From NCBI GenBank assembly GCA_002778465.1, contig PFBV01000002.1:2312-66311 (forward strand): a DNA stretch of 64,000 nucleotides, read 5' to 3'. A program made the position numbers and the translations under genes. Positions 9,688 through 18,136 of the stretch are shown here, one piece after another. The notes beneath the pieces were generated by a model that saw only the letters and a list, made by a program, of their open reading frames with translations, had not been told where the DNA came from and did not search any database. This DNA is from Candidatus Magasanikbacteria bacterium CG10_big_fil_rev_8_21_14_0_10_36_32 (lineage in GTDB: Bacteria; Patescibacteriota; Patescibacteriia; Magasanikbacterales; GWA2-37-8). How positions within the stretch are numbered: position 1 is the first letter of the stretch; every line of letters starts with the position of its first letter.

Positions 9688-12411
9688 ATGATGGTTATAG
9701 ATGAAAAACAAAAATTAAAATTAATTAAATTTTATCAATCTATATCTCATTGGTTGGGGATTGTTGTTTTAACGATTGGCGGGGTGGTGTTGGTGGGCTG
9801 GATTTTTGACATTCAAATATTAAAAAGCGTTTTACCTGGTTTGGTTGCAATGAAGGCCAATACCGCCGTTTGTTTTGTTTTATCAGGTTTTACTTTAATT
9901 TTATTACAGGAAAAACGTATTGGAACGGTTCAACGAATAATAGGGGGAATATTTTCATTTTTGGTTTTATTGTTAGGTGTTTTAACTTTGACTGAATATA
10001 TTTTTGGATTTAATTTTTACATTGATCAGTTGTTATTTAAGGAATTACCTGATGCTGTTTTAACTTTTTCACCGGGGCGAATGGCTGCCAATACCGCATT
10101 TAATTTTTTTCTTATTGGTGTTGCTTTGTTGACAGTCAGTTTAAGCAGGAAGTCAAAAATAATATTTGCAAATATTTTAGTTGTAATAGTCGGAATAGTT
10201 TCTTTATTGGCTTTAATCGGCTATATTTTTGGCGTATCGGTATTTTATCAAGGCATAGCATTGTATACGGCCATGGCTTTGCATACCGCGATTGCTTTTT
10301 TATTTATCGCAATCAGTATTTTTTTTATCAGGTTTGACCATGATTCAGTTCCTGTTTTAGGAGCCGGTGGAACCGGAGGCGCGGTTGTTAGACGTTTATT
10401 GCCGGTGATTGTAATAGTGCCAATAGTGTTAGGTTTATTGTTTCGTTTAGGCGAACAAAGAGGCTATTATAATAATGATTTTGAACTTTCTTTTCTCACC
10501 ACCTTTATTATTGTTATTTTGATGATATTTTTTTGGTTTAACGCTAAAAATATTAATAAAAATGAAATTTTGCAAGCCGAGAGTATTTTAAAATTAGAAG
10601 AATCAGAAAAAAAATATCGGGAAATTTTTAATAACATTCAGGATATCTTTTTTGAAGTTAATATGAATGGAATTGTTGTTGATATATCCCCTTCAATTGA
10701 ACAAATTACTAAATACAAAAGAGATGATCTGATTGGCCGAGACATAGGTCAATTATATGCTAAAAAAGAAGAAAGAAATGATATTTTAAAAACACTGGCT
10801 AAAATCGGAAAAGTTTATGATGTGGAAGCTGATTTTATTGATAAAGATGGTGCCAAATTAACCGGTTCAATGGTAGCCAGATTGATTAAAAACGAAAAAG
10901 GTGTTCCTTTGAGAATTGTCGGTACCATTCGCGATGTTACTGCCCGCCGGAGAGCCGAGGATGAATTGAAATTTAAGAATATTATTTTAGATACACAGCA
11001 AAATACTTCTTTAGATGGAATTTTGATAGTTGACGAAGAAGGAAAAATAATTTCTTTTAATCGACGTTTCGTGAAAATGTGGAATATAACGGATCAAGTG
11101 TTGGAATCAAAGTCAGATGAGCTCGCTTTACAATCGGTGCTTGACAAATTGGTAAATCCTGAAGAATTTTTGTCGCGGGTTAAATTTTTATATGAACATA
11201 AAAATGAAAAAAGTCGTGAAGAAATCTCATTAAAGGATGGAAGAATTTTTGACCGTTATTCTTCGCCAATGTTGTCTTTGGAAAAAGAGTATCTTGGCAG
11301 AGTTTGGTATTTTAGTGATGTGACGGAAAATCGCCAAGCCTCCAGTATATTAAAAAAATCAGAAGAAAAATATGCCGCTTTGGTGGAAAATAGCAATGAT
11401 GGCGTTTTAATTTTACAGGATGAGGTGATTAAATTTGCTAACCGAGCTATGTTGAATATGTTTGGTCTTACAGAAGAAAGGGTTATCGGTCGTTCTTTTT
11501 TAGACTTTACCGATGAACCGTCAAAAAAAATTGCTGCTGATAAATATAAAAAACGAATGAAAGGTGAAAAAATTGCTTCGCGGACGGAATTAAATTTAAT
11601 TCATAGCAGTGGACGGACATTTTCCGCGGAAATCAATGCGGCATTGATTTATCATGAAGGCCGGCCGGCCGATATGGCAACCGTGCGCGATATCAGCAAG
11701 GCAAAAGAAATAGACCGTATGAAATCAGAATTTGTGGCTGTTACTTCGCACCAATTAAGGACTCCTTTGACCGGCATAAAATGGTTTACCGAGTTGTTGA
11801 TAAAAGATAAAAAGCATAAATTATCAAAAGAACAAAAAGATTTTATTCAGCAAATTTCCGTCAGCAATGAGCGGTTAATAAGATTAGTTGATGATTTGTT
11901 AGATGTTTCACATATAGAAACCGGTCGTAAATATAATGTTGTTTTAAAGTCTGAAAGTTTACATGATGTGATTCAAGAGGTGGTGGATAGTCAAAATCTT
12001 TCGGCCAAGAAAAAAGATGTTAAAATAATTTGTCCGCGTTGCCGTGAAAAATTGATTATGCCGATTGATCGGGAAAAAATCCGACAGGTATTTTCCAATT
12101 TAGTCAGTAATGCTATTAAGTATTCTCCGGCTAAAAGCGTTATAGAAATAGGTAGAGAAAAAAAACACGAAGAGATTATTATTTTTATTAAAGATCACGG
12201 AGTGGGAATACCCAAACATCAACAGAAACGAGTTTTTGAAAAATTTTTCCGGGCGGACAATGTATCCACTACTGAAACAGGCACAGGGCTTGGTTTGTAT
12301 ATTGCTAAAGCAATTGTAGAAGGACATGGTGGGCGAATTTGGTTTGAATCAATAGAAAAAAAGGGTACGACTTTTTATGTCGCTTTGCCTATAAAAAATA
12401 AATTAATTTAA
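9688..12411 (+). CDS. Sensor histidine kinase: polytopic membrane N-domain, three PAS-like regions, HisKA and HATPase_c
   Basis: ~8 hydrophobic helices in the first ~290 aa. PAS-like segments (YREIFNNIQDIFFEV.., ILDTQQNTSLDGILIVDEEG.., YAALVENSNDGVLILQDE..). H-box SEFVAVTSHQLRTPL, N-box NLVSNAIKYSP, G1 DHGVGIP, G2 GTGLGLYIAK. Confidence 0.9.
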   Translation: MMVIDEKQKLKLIKFYQSISHWLGIVVLTIGGVVLVGWIFDIQILKSVLPGLVAMKANTAVCFVLSGFTLILLQEKRIGTVQRIIGGIFSFLVLLLGVLTLTEYIFGFNFYIDQLLFKELPDAVLTFSPGRMAANTAFNFFLIGVALLTVSLSRKSKIIFANILVVIVGIVSLLALIGYIFGVSVFYQGIALYTAMALHTAIAFLFIAISIFFIRFDHDSVPVLGAGGTGGAVVRRLLPVIVIVPIVLGLLFRLGEQRGYYNNDFELSFLTTFIIVILMIFFWFNAKNINKNEILQAESILKLEESEKKYREIFNNIQDIFFEVNMNGIVVDISPSIEQITKYKRDDLIGRDIGQLYAKKEERNDILKTLAKIGKVYDVEADFIDKDGAKLTGSMVARLIKNEKGVPLRIVGTIRDVTARRRAEDELKFKNIILDTQQNTSLDGILIVDEEGKIISFNRRFVKMWNITDQVLESKSDELALQSVLDKLVNPEEFLSRVKFLYEHKNEKSREEISLKDGRIFDRYSSPMLSLEKEYLGRVWYFSDVTENRQASSILKKSEEKYAALVENSNDGVLILQDEVIKFANRAMLNMFGLTEERVIGRSFLDFTDEPSKKIAADKYKKRMKGEKIASRTELNLIHSSGRTFSAEINAALIYHEGRPADMATVRDISKAKEIDRMKSEFVAVTSHQLRTPLTGIKWFTELLIKDKKHKLSKEQKDFIQQISVSNERLIRLVDDLLDVSHIETGRKYNVVLKSESLHDVIQEVVDSQNLSAKKKDVKIICPRCREKLIMPIDREKIRQVFSNLVSNAIKYSPAKSVIEIGREKKHEEIIIFIKDHGVGIPKHQQKRVFEKFFRADNVSTTETGTGLGLYIAKAIVEGHGGRIWFESIEKKGTTFYVALPIKNKLI

Positions 12412-12416
12412 ATTAT

Positions 12417-12794
12417 ATGCACAAAATTCTTATCGTGGAGGATGATAATATTTTGGCTCAAGCCATTTATACGGCTGTTAGGCGAGCCGGTTTTTCCGCT
12501 GAAGTGGCGGTTGATGGCGAGGATGCTTTAAAAAAAATGAAAAAAATAAAACCGGACGTGGTACTGCTTGATTTAATTTTACCAAAACGTTCCGGTGAGG
12601 ATGTTTTGGGAGCAATGAAACAGGATGAAACATTAAAAGAAGTACCTGTTTTGGTAATTACCGTCAAAGGCGACAAAGAAACTATCAGCCAGTGTGTAAA
12701 AATGGGTATTCGTGGATATTTAATCAAAGCGCATTATACTTTACAAGAAATAATCAATCAAATTAAAAAAGTGATTGCGGAAACAAAAAAATAA
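12417..12794 (+). CDS. Single-domain response regulator receiver
   Basis: 125 aa. ILIVEDDN, VVLLDLILPKRSG, VITVKG and LIKAH motifs. No output domain. Confidence 0.85.
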   Translation: MHKILIVEDDNILAQAIYTAVRRAGFSAEVAVDGEDALKKMKKIKPDVVLLDLILPKRSGEDVLGAMKQDETLKEVPVLVITVKGDKETISQCVKMGIRGYLIKAHYTLQEIINQIKKVIAETKK

Positions 12795-12796
12795 TT

Positions 12797-14278
12797 ATGA
12801 AGCCGGTGAAATTTTTTGAAAAAGTCGCCGGTTCCAAAAGCAAAACGTTTATTTCGTTTTGCTTTTGTTTTATTATGGGGGTTGGTTTTTTTTCTTTTAT
12901 TGAAATATCAGGAACAAAACTTTATTACTTATTAATTTGCGGTTTTGTAATTTTATTTGGTTTGATATTTTGGTGGAAAAATAAAGTGGCGCGGTTGATT
13001 TTATTGTGTTTATTGTTTGTAGTGTTGGGCAGTATGCGTTTTGTTGGTGAAATGATGTCGTCTCAGGCGGTAACAAATAATGATGGTCGGTTATTTTATG
13101 GAATTGTGGACGAAGAACCCAATTTTAAAATTGATAATGCTGAATATATTGTATCAACGGAATTTAATGAAAAAGTCTTAATCCGCCTTCCTCTTTATCC
13201 GCAATATAATTATGGCGATCGTTTAATGATTGATTGTCTTCCGGCACTTCCACAAAATTATCCTTCCGGCATATTTGATTATCGTCGTTATTTATCCAAT
13301 CAAGGAATTTTTTCGGTTTGTTTTAATCCTCCAGTCACAAAAATCGGAATTGATGAAGGTAATTTATTAAAATCAATTTTATTAAAAACCAAGAATATGG
13401 TCAGCGAACAGATAAACAGATTATTTGTTGAACCAGAAAGCAGTTTGTTGGCAGGTTTATTATATGGAGGACGCAGCGGTTTGCCTAAAGAATTGTCTGA
13501 TAGTTTTCGTCGGACAGGTTTGAGTCATATTGTGGCGGTATCAGGTTATAATATTTCCATTATTTCCGTGATATTTTTAAATATTTTAATTGTTCTTGGT
13601 TTTTCTCGTCCAAAAGCTTTTTGGTTGGCGATAATTGGTTTAGTTTCTTTTGTAATATTTACCGGCGCTTCCGCTTCAGTTGTCCGTGCCGGTATTATGG
13701 GATCATTGGTGTTGATTGCCGAAAAAGTTGGTCGGTTATCGGATGCCGGACGGTTGTTGTTTTTAGCCGGCGCTTTAATATTGCTGGTTAATCCGCGTTT
13801 ATTAGTTTGGGACGCAGGTTTTCAGTTGTCTTTTTTGGCTACTTTGGGTTTAATTTATTTAACGCCACATTTATGGTTTTCCAAAAGAAAAATTCCGGAA
13901 TTATTTTTTAACATAGTCAACCCGACTGTGGCGGCGATTATCGCTACCGCGCCGTTGATTATGTTTCAATTTGGACAGTTATCTTTGTCCGCTTTACCGG
14001 CTAATGTTTTAGTAATTTGGATGATACCATGGCTAATGTTGTTTGGATTTTTATCATTGTCTTTGGGGTGGATTTTTTATCCCTTGGGACAAATAATCGC
14101 GTGGTTGACAGGTTTTGGTTTAAAATATGTTATAATGGTGACAAGTTGGTTTTCTGCCCGAACCTGGGCGGCGGTTGAAATGAATATTTCTTGGTGGATG
14201 ATGTTAATAATGTATTTGTTAATTGTTTTATTTTTTTATGCCAAAAGTAAAAATTTTATCATCGGTCGCCGGATATGA
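12797..14278 (+). CDS. comEC: ComEC/Rec2-family DNA-uptake channel, N-terminal part (OB/DUF4131-like plus Competence domain), lacking the MBL domain
   Basis: 493 aa polytopic membrane protein. Contains the competence-domain signature region LLAGLLYGGRSGLPKELSDSFRRTGLSHIVAVSGYNISI...FTGASASVVRAGIMG. It ends without a beta-lactamase domain. Confidence 0.8.
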   Translation: MKPVKFFEKVAGSKSKTFISFCFCFIMGVGFFSFIEISGTKLYYLLICGFVILFGLIFWWKNKVARLILLCLLFVVLGSMRFVGEMMSSQAVTNNDGRLFYGIVDEEPNFKIDNAEYIVSTEFNEKVLIRLPLYPQYNYGDRLMIDCLPALPQNYPSGIFDYRRYLSNQGIFSVCFNPPVTKIGIDEGNLLKSILLKTKNMVSEQINRLFVEPESSLLAGLLYGGRSGLPKELSDSFRRTGLSHIVAVSGYNISIISVIFLNILIVLGFSRPKAFWLAIIGLVSFVIFTGASASVVRAGIMGSLVLIAEKVGRLSDAGRLLFLAGALILLVNPRLLVWDAGFQLSFLATLGLIYLTPHLWFSKRKIPELFFNIVNPTVAAIIATAPLIMFQFGQLSLSALPANVLVIWMIPWLMLFGFLSLSLGWIFYPLGQIIAWLTGFGLKYVIMVTSWFSARTWAAVEMNISWWMMLIMYLLIVLFFYAKSKNFIIGRRI

Positions 14279-14843
14279 TTTGTCTGCCGCCGATTATGAT
14301 AAAAAAGAAAAATATTTAAACAGTTTTGAAAAAAATAAAATTTGGCTATTGTTGGGATATTTATCTGGAAAAAAAATTTTAGATGCCGGAACAGGAACTG
14401 GACGTTTAGCTGTTGAAATGTCAAAAAATGGCGCGGAAGTAACCGCTCTTGATGTGTCGTCAGAAATGTTAAAACAGTTGTCGCGTAAAAGTAATAAAAT
14501 AAAAACCATGATTGGCGATGCTGAATGTTTGCCTTTTGACAAAGAGATTTTTGATTTGGTGACAGCCGCTTTTTTAATCGTTCATTTTAAGGATCCTTCT
14601 CGTTTTTTTGACGAAGCTTATCGTGTATTGAAAGATGGTGGAAGATTATTGGTGACAAATATTAATCAAAAAGAACCGCCAGAAATAAAAACTAAGCAAG
14701 GAGTTATAAAAATTGAATCGTTTTATCATCGCCCGGAAAAAATCAGGGAGATTTTACAGTCATTGGCTTTTACCATTGAAAAAGAAATTATTGTTAAAGA
14801 AGGGGAGAATTGGATAAATCAGATAATAGTAGCTAAAAAATAA
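14238..14843 (+). CDS. Class I SAM-dependent methyltransferase
   Basis: Motif I ILDAGTGTGRLA, acidic post-I (ALDVS), and LKDGGRLLV. ATG at 14238 (track start 14223 is TTG). The 5' end overlaps the end of the ComEC channel gene. Confidence 0.75.
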   Translation: MPKVKILSSVAGYDLSAADYDKKEKYLNSFEKNKIWLLLGYLSGKKILDAGTGTGRLAVEMSKNGAEVTALDVSSEMLKQLSRKSNKIKTMIGDAECLPFDKEIFDLVTAAFLIVHFKDPSRFFDEAYRVLKDGGRLLVTNINQKEPPEIKTKQGVIKIESFYHRPEKIREILQSLAFTIEKEIIVKEGENWINQIIVAKK

Positions 14844-14846
14844 TTC

Positions 14847-15123
14847 ACCCCGTTAGAGATATTTATGGTTTATATTTATTTAATGCAGAGCAAGAAAGAT
14901 AATCTTTGGTATACAGGTGCTACTAGAGATTTAAAAAAACGTTTTAAAGAGCATAATGATGGGAAAGTAAAAGCAACAAGGGATAGAAGACCTTTTGTGT
15001 TAATATATTATGAAGCTTGTTTGAATGAACACGATGCTTTTACTCGTGAAAAATATTTAAAGTCAGGAATGGGAAAACGTTATCTTAAAAATCGTTTAAA
15101 ACGTTTTTTATCTCTAACGGGGT
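14847..15123 (+). mobile_element. GIY-YIG ORF cassette bracketed by a perfect 15-bp inverted repeat
   Basis: ACCCCGTTAGAGATA at 14847-14861 and its exact reverse complement TATCTCTAACGGGGT at 15109-15123 enclose the 86-aa ORF. The cassette exactly fills the spacer between the methyltransferase stop and the ComEC-MBL start. Confidence 0.45.
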
Positions 15124-15125
15124 AA
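14865..15125 (+). CDS. Small GIY-YIG nuclease-superfamily protein
   Basis: 86 aa. VYIYLMQS...LWYTGATRDLKKRFKEHNDGK...PFVLIYYE fits the GIY-(x10)-YxG..R..E..N layout. Paralog of the ORF at 47285-47527. Confidence 0.8.
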   Translation: MVYIYLMQSKKDNLWYTGATRDLKKRFKEHNDGKVKATRDRRPFVLIYYEACLNEHDAFTREKYLKSGMGKRYLKNRLKRFLSLTG

Positions 15126-15128
15126 ATT

Positions 15129-15986
15129 ATGAAAAAGTTGTTTATAGTTATAGTAGTTGTCCTGCTGTTAAGCGTGGGCTTATTTTATTATATTCATTTT
15201 TCCGCCAATGAAAAAAAATTTGATATTATTTTTTTTGATGTTGGGCAAGGCGATGCAACGCTGGTGCGTTTTGAAGATGGAAGTAAAATGTTGGTAGATT
15301 GCGGACCGGACAGGACTATTTTGAAAAAACTCGGACAATATCTTCCTTTTTATGACCGGACGATTGATTATTTGCTTATTACTCATCCGGACAATGATCA
15401 TTATGGCGGTTGTGTTGACGTATTGCGTCGTTATCAAGTGAAAAATATAATTACAAATAGTGATCGTAAACCGGACGATACTTTTTGGCAAACTTGGCGT
15501 TTTTATGAAGAAAATGAAGATGCAAAAATTTTTATCATTGATGAACCGCAAATTTTTGAAATTGGGAACAATAAAATTGAATTTATTTATCCGGATACAT
15601 CTTTAATTTTATCTTCAGCCGGCGATACCAGCAATAATCAATCGTTGGTTTTTCGTTTAGTTGATAAAAGTGTAAAAGTTTTATTTACCGGAGATATTGA
15701 AGAATCATTGGAAAATGCTTTGATAAAAAAATATTGTTCAATTACAAACTGCCCTTTTTTATCAGCTGATATTTTGAAGGTCGCCCATCATGGCAGTGAC
15801 ACGTCAAGCAGTGAAGAATTTTTGAATGCGTCTAATCCGAAAGCGGCAGTGATTTCCGTCGGTCAGAATCGTTTTGGACATCCGTCTTTGCGAGTTTTGA
15901 AAAAGATGGAACGTTTACCGGTAATTGTTTTGCGCACTGATGAGTATGGCGATATTACATTTGACAAAATTTTAAAAACATGGTAA
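15129..15986 (+). CDS. ComEC-type metallo-beta-lactamase domain protein (C-terminal part of a split ComEC)
   Basis: N-terminal TM helix, then FFDVGQGDATL, ITHPDNDHYGG, FTGDIE and KVAHHGSDTSSS, the typical ComEC MBL-domain motifs. Confidence 0.8.
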   Translation: MKKLFIVIVVVLLLSVGLFYYIHFSANEKKFDIIFFDVGQGDATLVRFEDGSKMLVDCGPDRTILKKLGQYLPFYDRTIDYLLITHPDNDHYGGCVDVLRRYQVKNIITNSDRKPDDTFWQTWRFYEENEDAKIFIIDEPQIFEIGNNKIEFIYPDTSLILSSAGDTSNNQSLVFRLVDKSVKVLFTGDIEESLENALIKKYCSITNCPFLSADILKVAHHGSDTSSSEEFLNASNPKAAVISVGQNRFGHPSLRVLKKMERLPVIVLRTDEYGDITFDKILKTW

Positions 15987-15997
15987 TATATTACTAG

Positions 15998-16029
15998 AAA
16001 CGCTTCCATAATGAAGCGTTTTAATTTTT
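15998..16029 (+). terminator. Rho-independent terminator-like hairpin
   Basis: AAACGCTTC-cataat-GAAGCGTTT followed by a T-rich tract. Confidence 0.55.
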
Positions 16030-16055
16030 GACTTAATTTAATTTATTTTTTATAT

Positions 16056-17309
16056 ATGTCATCAGAAATATCAAAAGCCATTCAGGCATTATGTGCTGAA
16101 AAAAATCTCTCGTTAGAGGTGGTTATGGAAACCATTGAAACAGCTTTGTCAGCTGCTTATCGTAAGGATTTTGGCAATAAACAGCAAAACATCAAGGTTA
16201 AGTTTGATCCCGAAACAGCTGGAATAAAAGTGTGGGATGTTAAAACGGTTGTTGAAGATATTGAGGAAGAGACTTTGGAAGCAGCTCAAGAGGAATTAAC
16301 CGTTCGCCGTGAAAAAGCTCGAGCTGAAGGCCGTGAATTAACAGAAGAAGAAACTGAGGACTTGCCGCGTTTTAATCCAAAAACTGAAATAATGCAAACC
16401 CCAGCTAAAGAATTTAAGAAAAAAGCGAAAATTGGCGATGTTTTGGAAATTTCCTTGGAAGTACCCGGTGAATTTGGTAGAATGGCCGCTCAAACAGCCA
16501 AACAAGTTATTATTCAAAAAATTCGCGAGGCGGAACGAAATATGGTATTTGATGATTACAAAGATTATGAAGGTAAAATTATTGTTGGTACCATTCAAAG
16601 AGTTGAGGGTCGTAAAGTTTTGGTGGATTTAGGTCGTGGCACCGGTCTTTTACCGTCTGATCAACAGGTGAGTCGTGATCATTATCGCCCCGGCAGTCGA
16701 ATGAAATTTTATGTTGCTTCAGTTACTATGTCTATTCGCGGTCCGGAAATTATTTTATCTCGTAGTGATATAGGCATGGTACGTGAAATTTTTAAACAAG
16801 AAATTCCGGAAATCAGCGACGGTGCTATTTTGATTAAAGGTGTGGCTCGAGATGCTGGCGCCCGTTCCAAAATTTCTGTTTATACAGAAGACAGTTCGGT
16901 TGATCCAATAGGTTCATGTATTGGACAAAGAGGTGGACGTATTAATACTATTATTGAAGAATTAAACGGAGAAAAAATTGATGTGATTAGATACAGTGAG
17001 GATCCTGCAGAGTATATAGCTCACGCCTTGTCTCCGGCAAAAATTTCTCGTGTGGAAATTATCAGCCAAGAAGAACAAAACGCAGAAGTTTATGTTCCGG
17101 CCGATCAGTTTTCTTTAGCTATTGGACGAGGCGGTCAAAATGTTCGTTTAGCTTCCCAATTAACTGATTGGAAAATAAAAGTTATTGAAGAAGGCGGGTC
17201 AAAAGAAATATCAAGTGAAGATGTGAGCGAAGAAAATCCTGGTGAAGAAGAATTAGCCGTAGCTGATGAGGTGAAAGAAGAACCAAAAGAATCTGCTGAA
17301 ATAAAATAA
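16056..17309 (+). CDS. nusA: Transcription termination/antitermination factor NusA
   Basis: N-terminal NusA motif (ALCAEKNLSLEVVMETIETALSAAYRK), S1-like region (GKIIVGTIQRVEG), two KH regions (DPIGSCIGQRGGRI, LAIGRGGQNVRLA), and an acidic tail. Confidence 0.9.
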   Translation: MSSEISKAIQALCAEKNLSLEVVMETIETALSAAYRKDFGNKQQNIKVKFDPETAGIKVWDVKTVVEDIEEETLEAAQEELTVRREKARAEGRELTEEETEDLPRFNPKTEIMQTPAKEFKKKAKIGDVLEISLEVPGEFGRMAAQTAKQVIIQKIREAERNMVFDDYKDYEGKIIVGTIQRVEGRKVLVDLGRGTGLLPSDQQVSRDHYRPGSRMKFYVASVTMSIRGPEIILSRSDIGMVREIFKQEIPEISDGAILIKGVARDAGARSKISVYTEDSSVDPIGSCIGQRGGRINTIIEELNGEKIDVIRYSEDPAEYIAHALSPAKISRVEIISQEEQNAEVYVPADQFSLAIGRGGQNVRLASQLTDWKIKVIEEGGSKEISSEDVSEENPGEEELAVADEVKEEPKESAEIK

Positions 17310-17336
17310 AAATAATATAAAATTAAAATTATTATT

Positions 17337-18110
17337 ATGTTTACTTCCGTTTTTCACACTATTTTATACCAACCGATATTTAATTTTTTTGTCGGTTTAT
17401 ATAATTTAATTCCGGGTCATGATGTTGGTTTGGTAATTTTAATAATTACCATTTTAATTAGAATATTGGTTTGGCCACTTACTTCATCCTCAATTAAAGC
17501 TCAGCGATCTGTTCAAGAATTGCAGCCCAAGGTTGATGCGGTCAAAAAAGAATTTGCCAACGATCAGCAAAAACAAGCGGCGGAATTAATGAAATTATAT
17601 AAAGAAAACAAAGTTAATCCGTTTTCATCTTGTTTGCCATTGTTAATTCAATTGCCAATTTTGATTGCTTTATATATGGTAATGCGGGATGGATTAATGG
17701 CTGATAAATTTGCCGTTGAACTTTATTCTTTTGTTGATAATCCGGGAAAGCTTAATCCTTTATCGTTAGGATTTTTAGATATGGCTAAACCAAATTATGT
17801 TTTGGCGATTTTAGCCGGTTTGGCTCAATTTTGGCAGGCTAAAACAATGATGTCTAAACAACCGCCGAAAGCAGCTGGTGCTGGCGCCAAAGACGAGGGA
17901 ATGATGGCTACAATGAATAAACAAATGCTTTATTTTATGCCGGTCATGACTGTAATTATTGGTTTTGGTTTGCCGGCCGGTTTGACGGTTTATTGGTTTT
18001 TTAGCACGCTTTTAACCGTTGCCCAACAATCAATATTATTAAAGAAAAAAAATAAAAAAAATCCTGTTGAAGAAAAAGTTATTGAAGGTAAAGTGGAAGA
18101 AATAAAATAA
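17337..18110 (+). CDS. yidC: Membrane protein insertase YidC/Oxa1 family (short form)
   Basis: GLVILIITILIRILVWPLT, MKLYKENKVNPFSSCLPLLIQLPILIALY and GLTVYWFFSTLLTVAQQ are typical short YidC motifs. Confidence 0.85.
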   Translation: MFTSVFHTILYQPIFNFFVGLYNLIPGHDVGLVILIITILIRILVWPLTSSSIKAQRSVQELQPKVDAVKKEFANDQQKQAAELMKLYKENKVNPFSSCLPLLIQLPILIALYMVMRDGLMADKFAVELYSFVDNPGKLNPLSLGFLDMAKPNYVLAILAGLAQFWQAKTMMSKQPPKAAGAGAKDEGMMATMNKQMLYFMPVMTVIIGFGLPAGLTVYWFFSTLLTVAQQSILLKKKNKKNPVEEKVIEGKVEEIK

Positions 18111-18136
18111 GCTCGTAAACCGATAAGATAAAAAGT

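Noticed and set aside
16028-16056. A TTGACT-N17-TATATA promoter-like match upstream of nusA.
   Set aside because: The -10 hexamer overlaps the nusA start codon, so it cannot drive that ORF as annotated. It is probably a chance match in AT-rich DNA.
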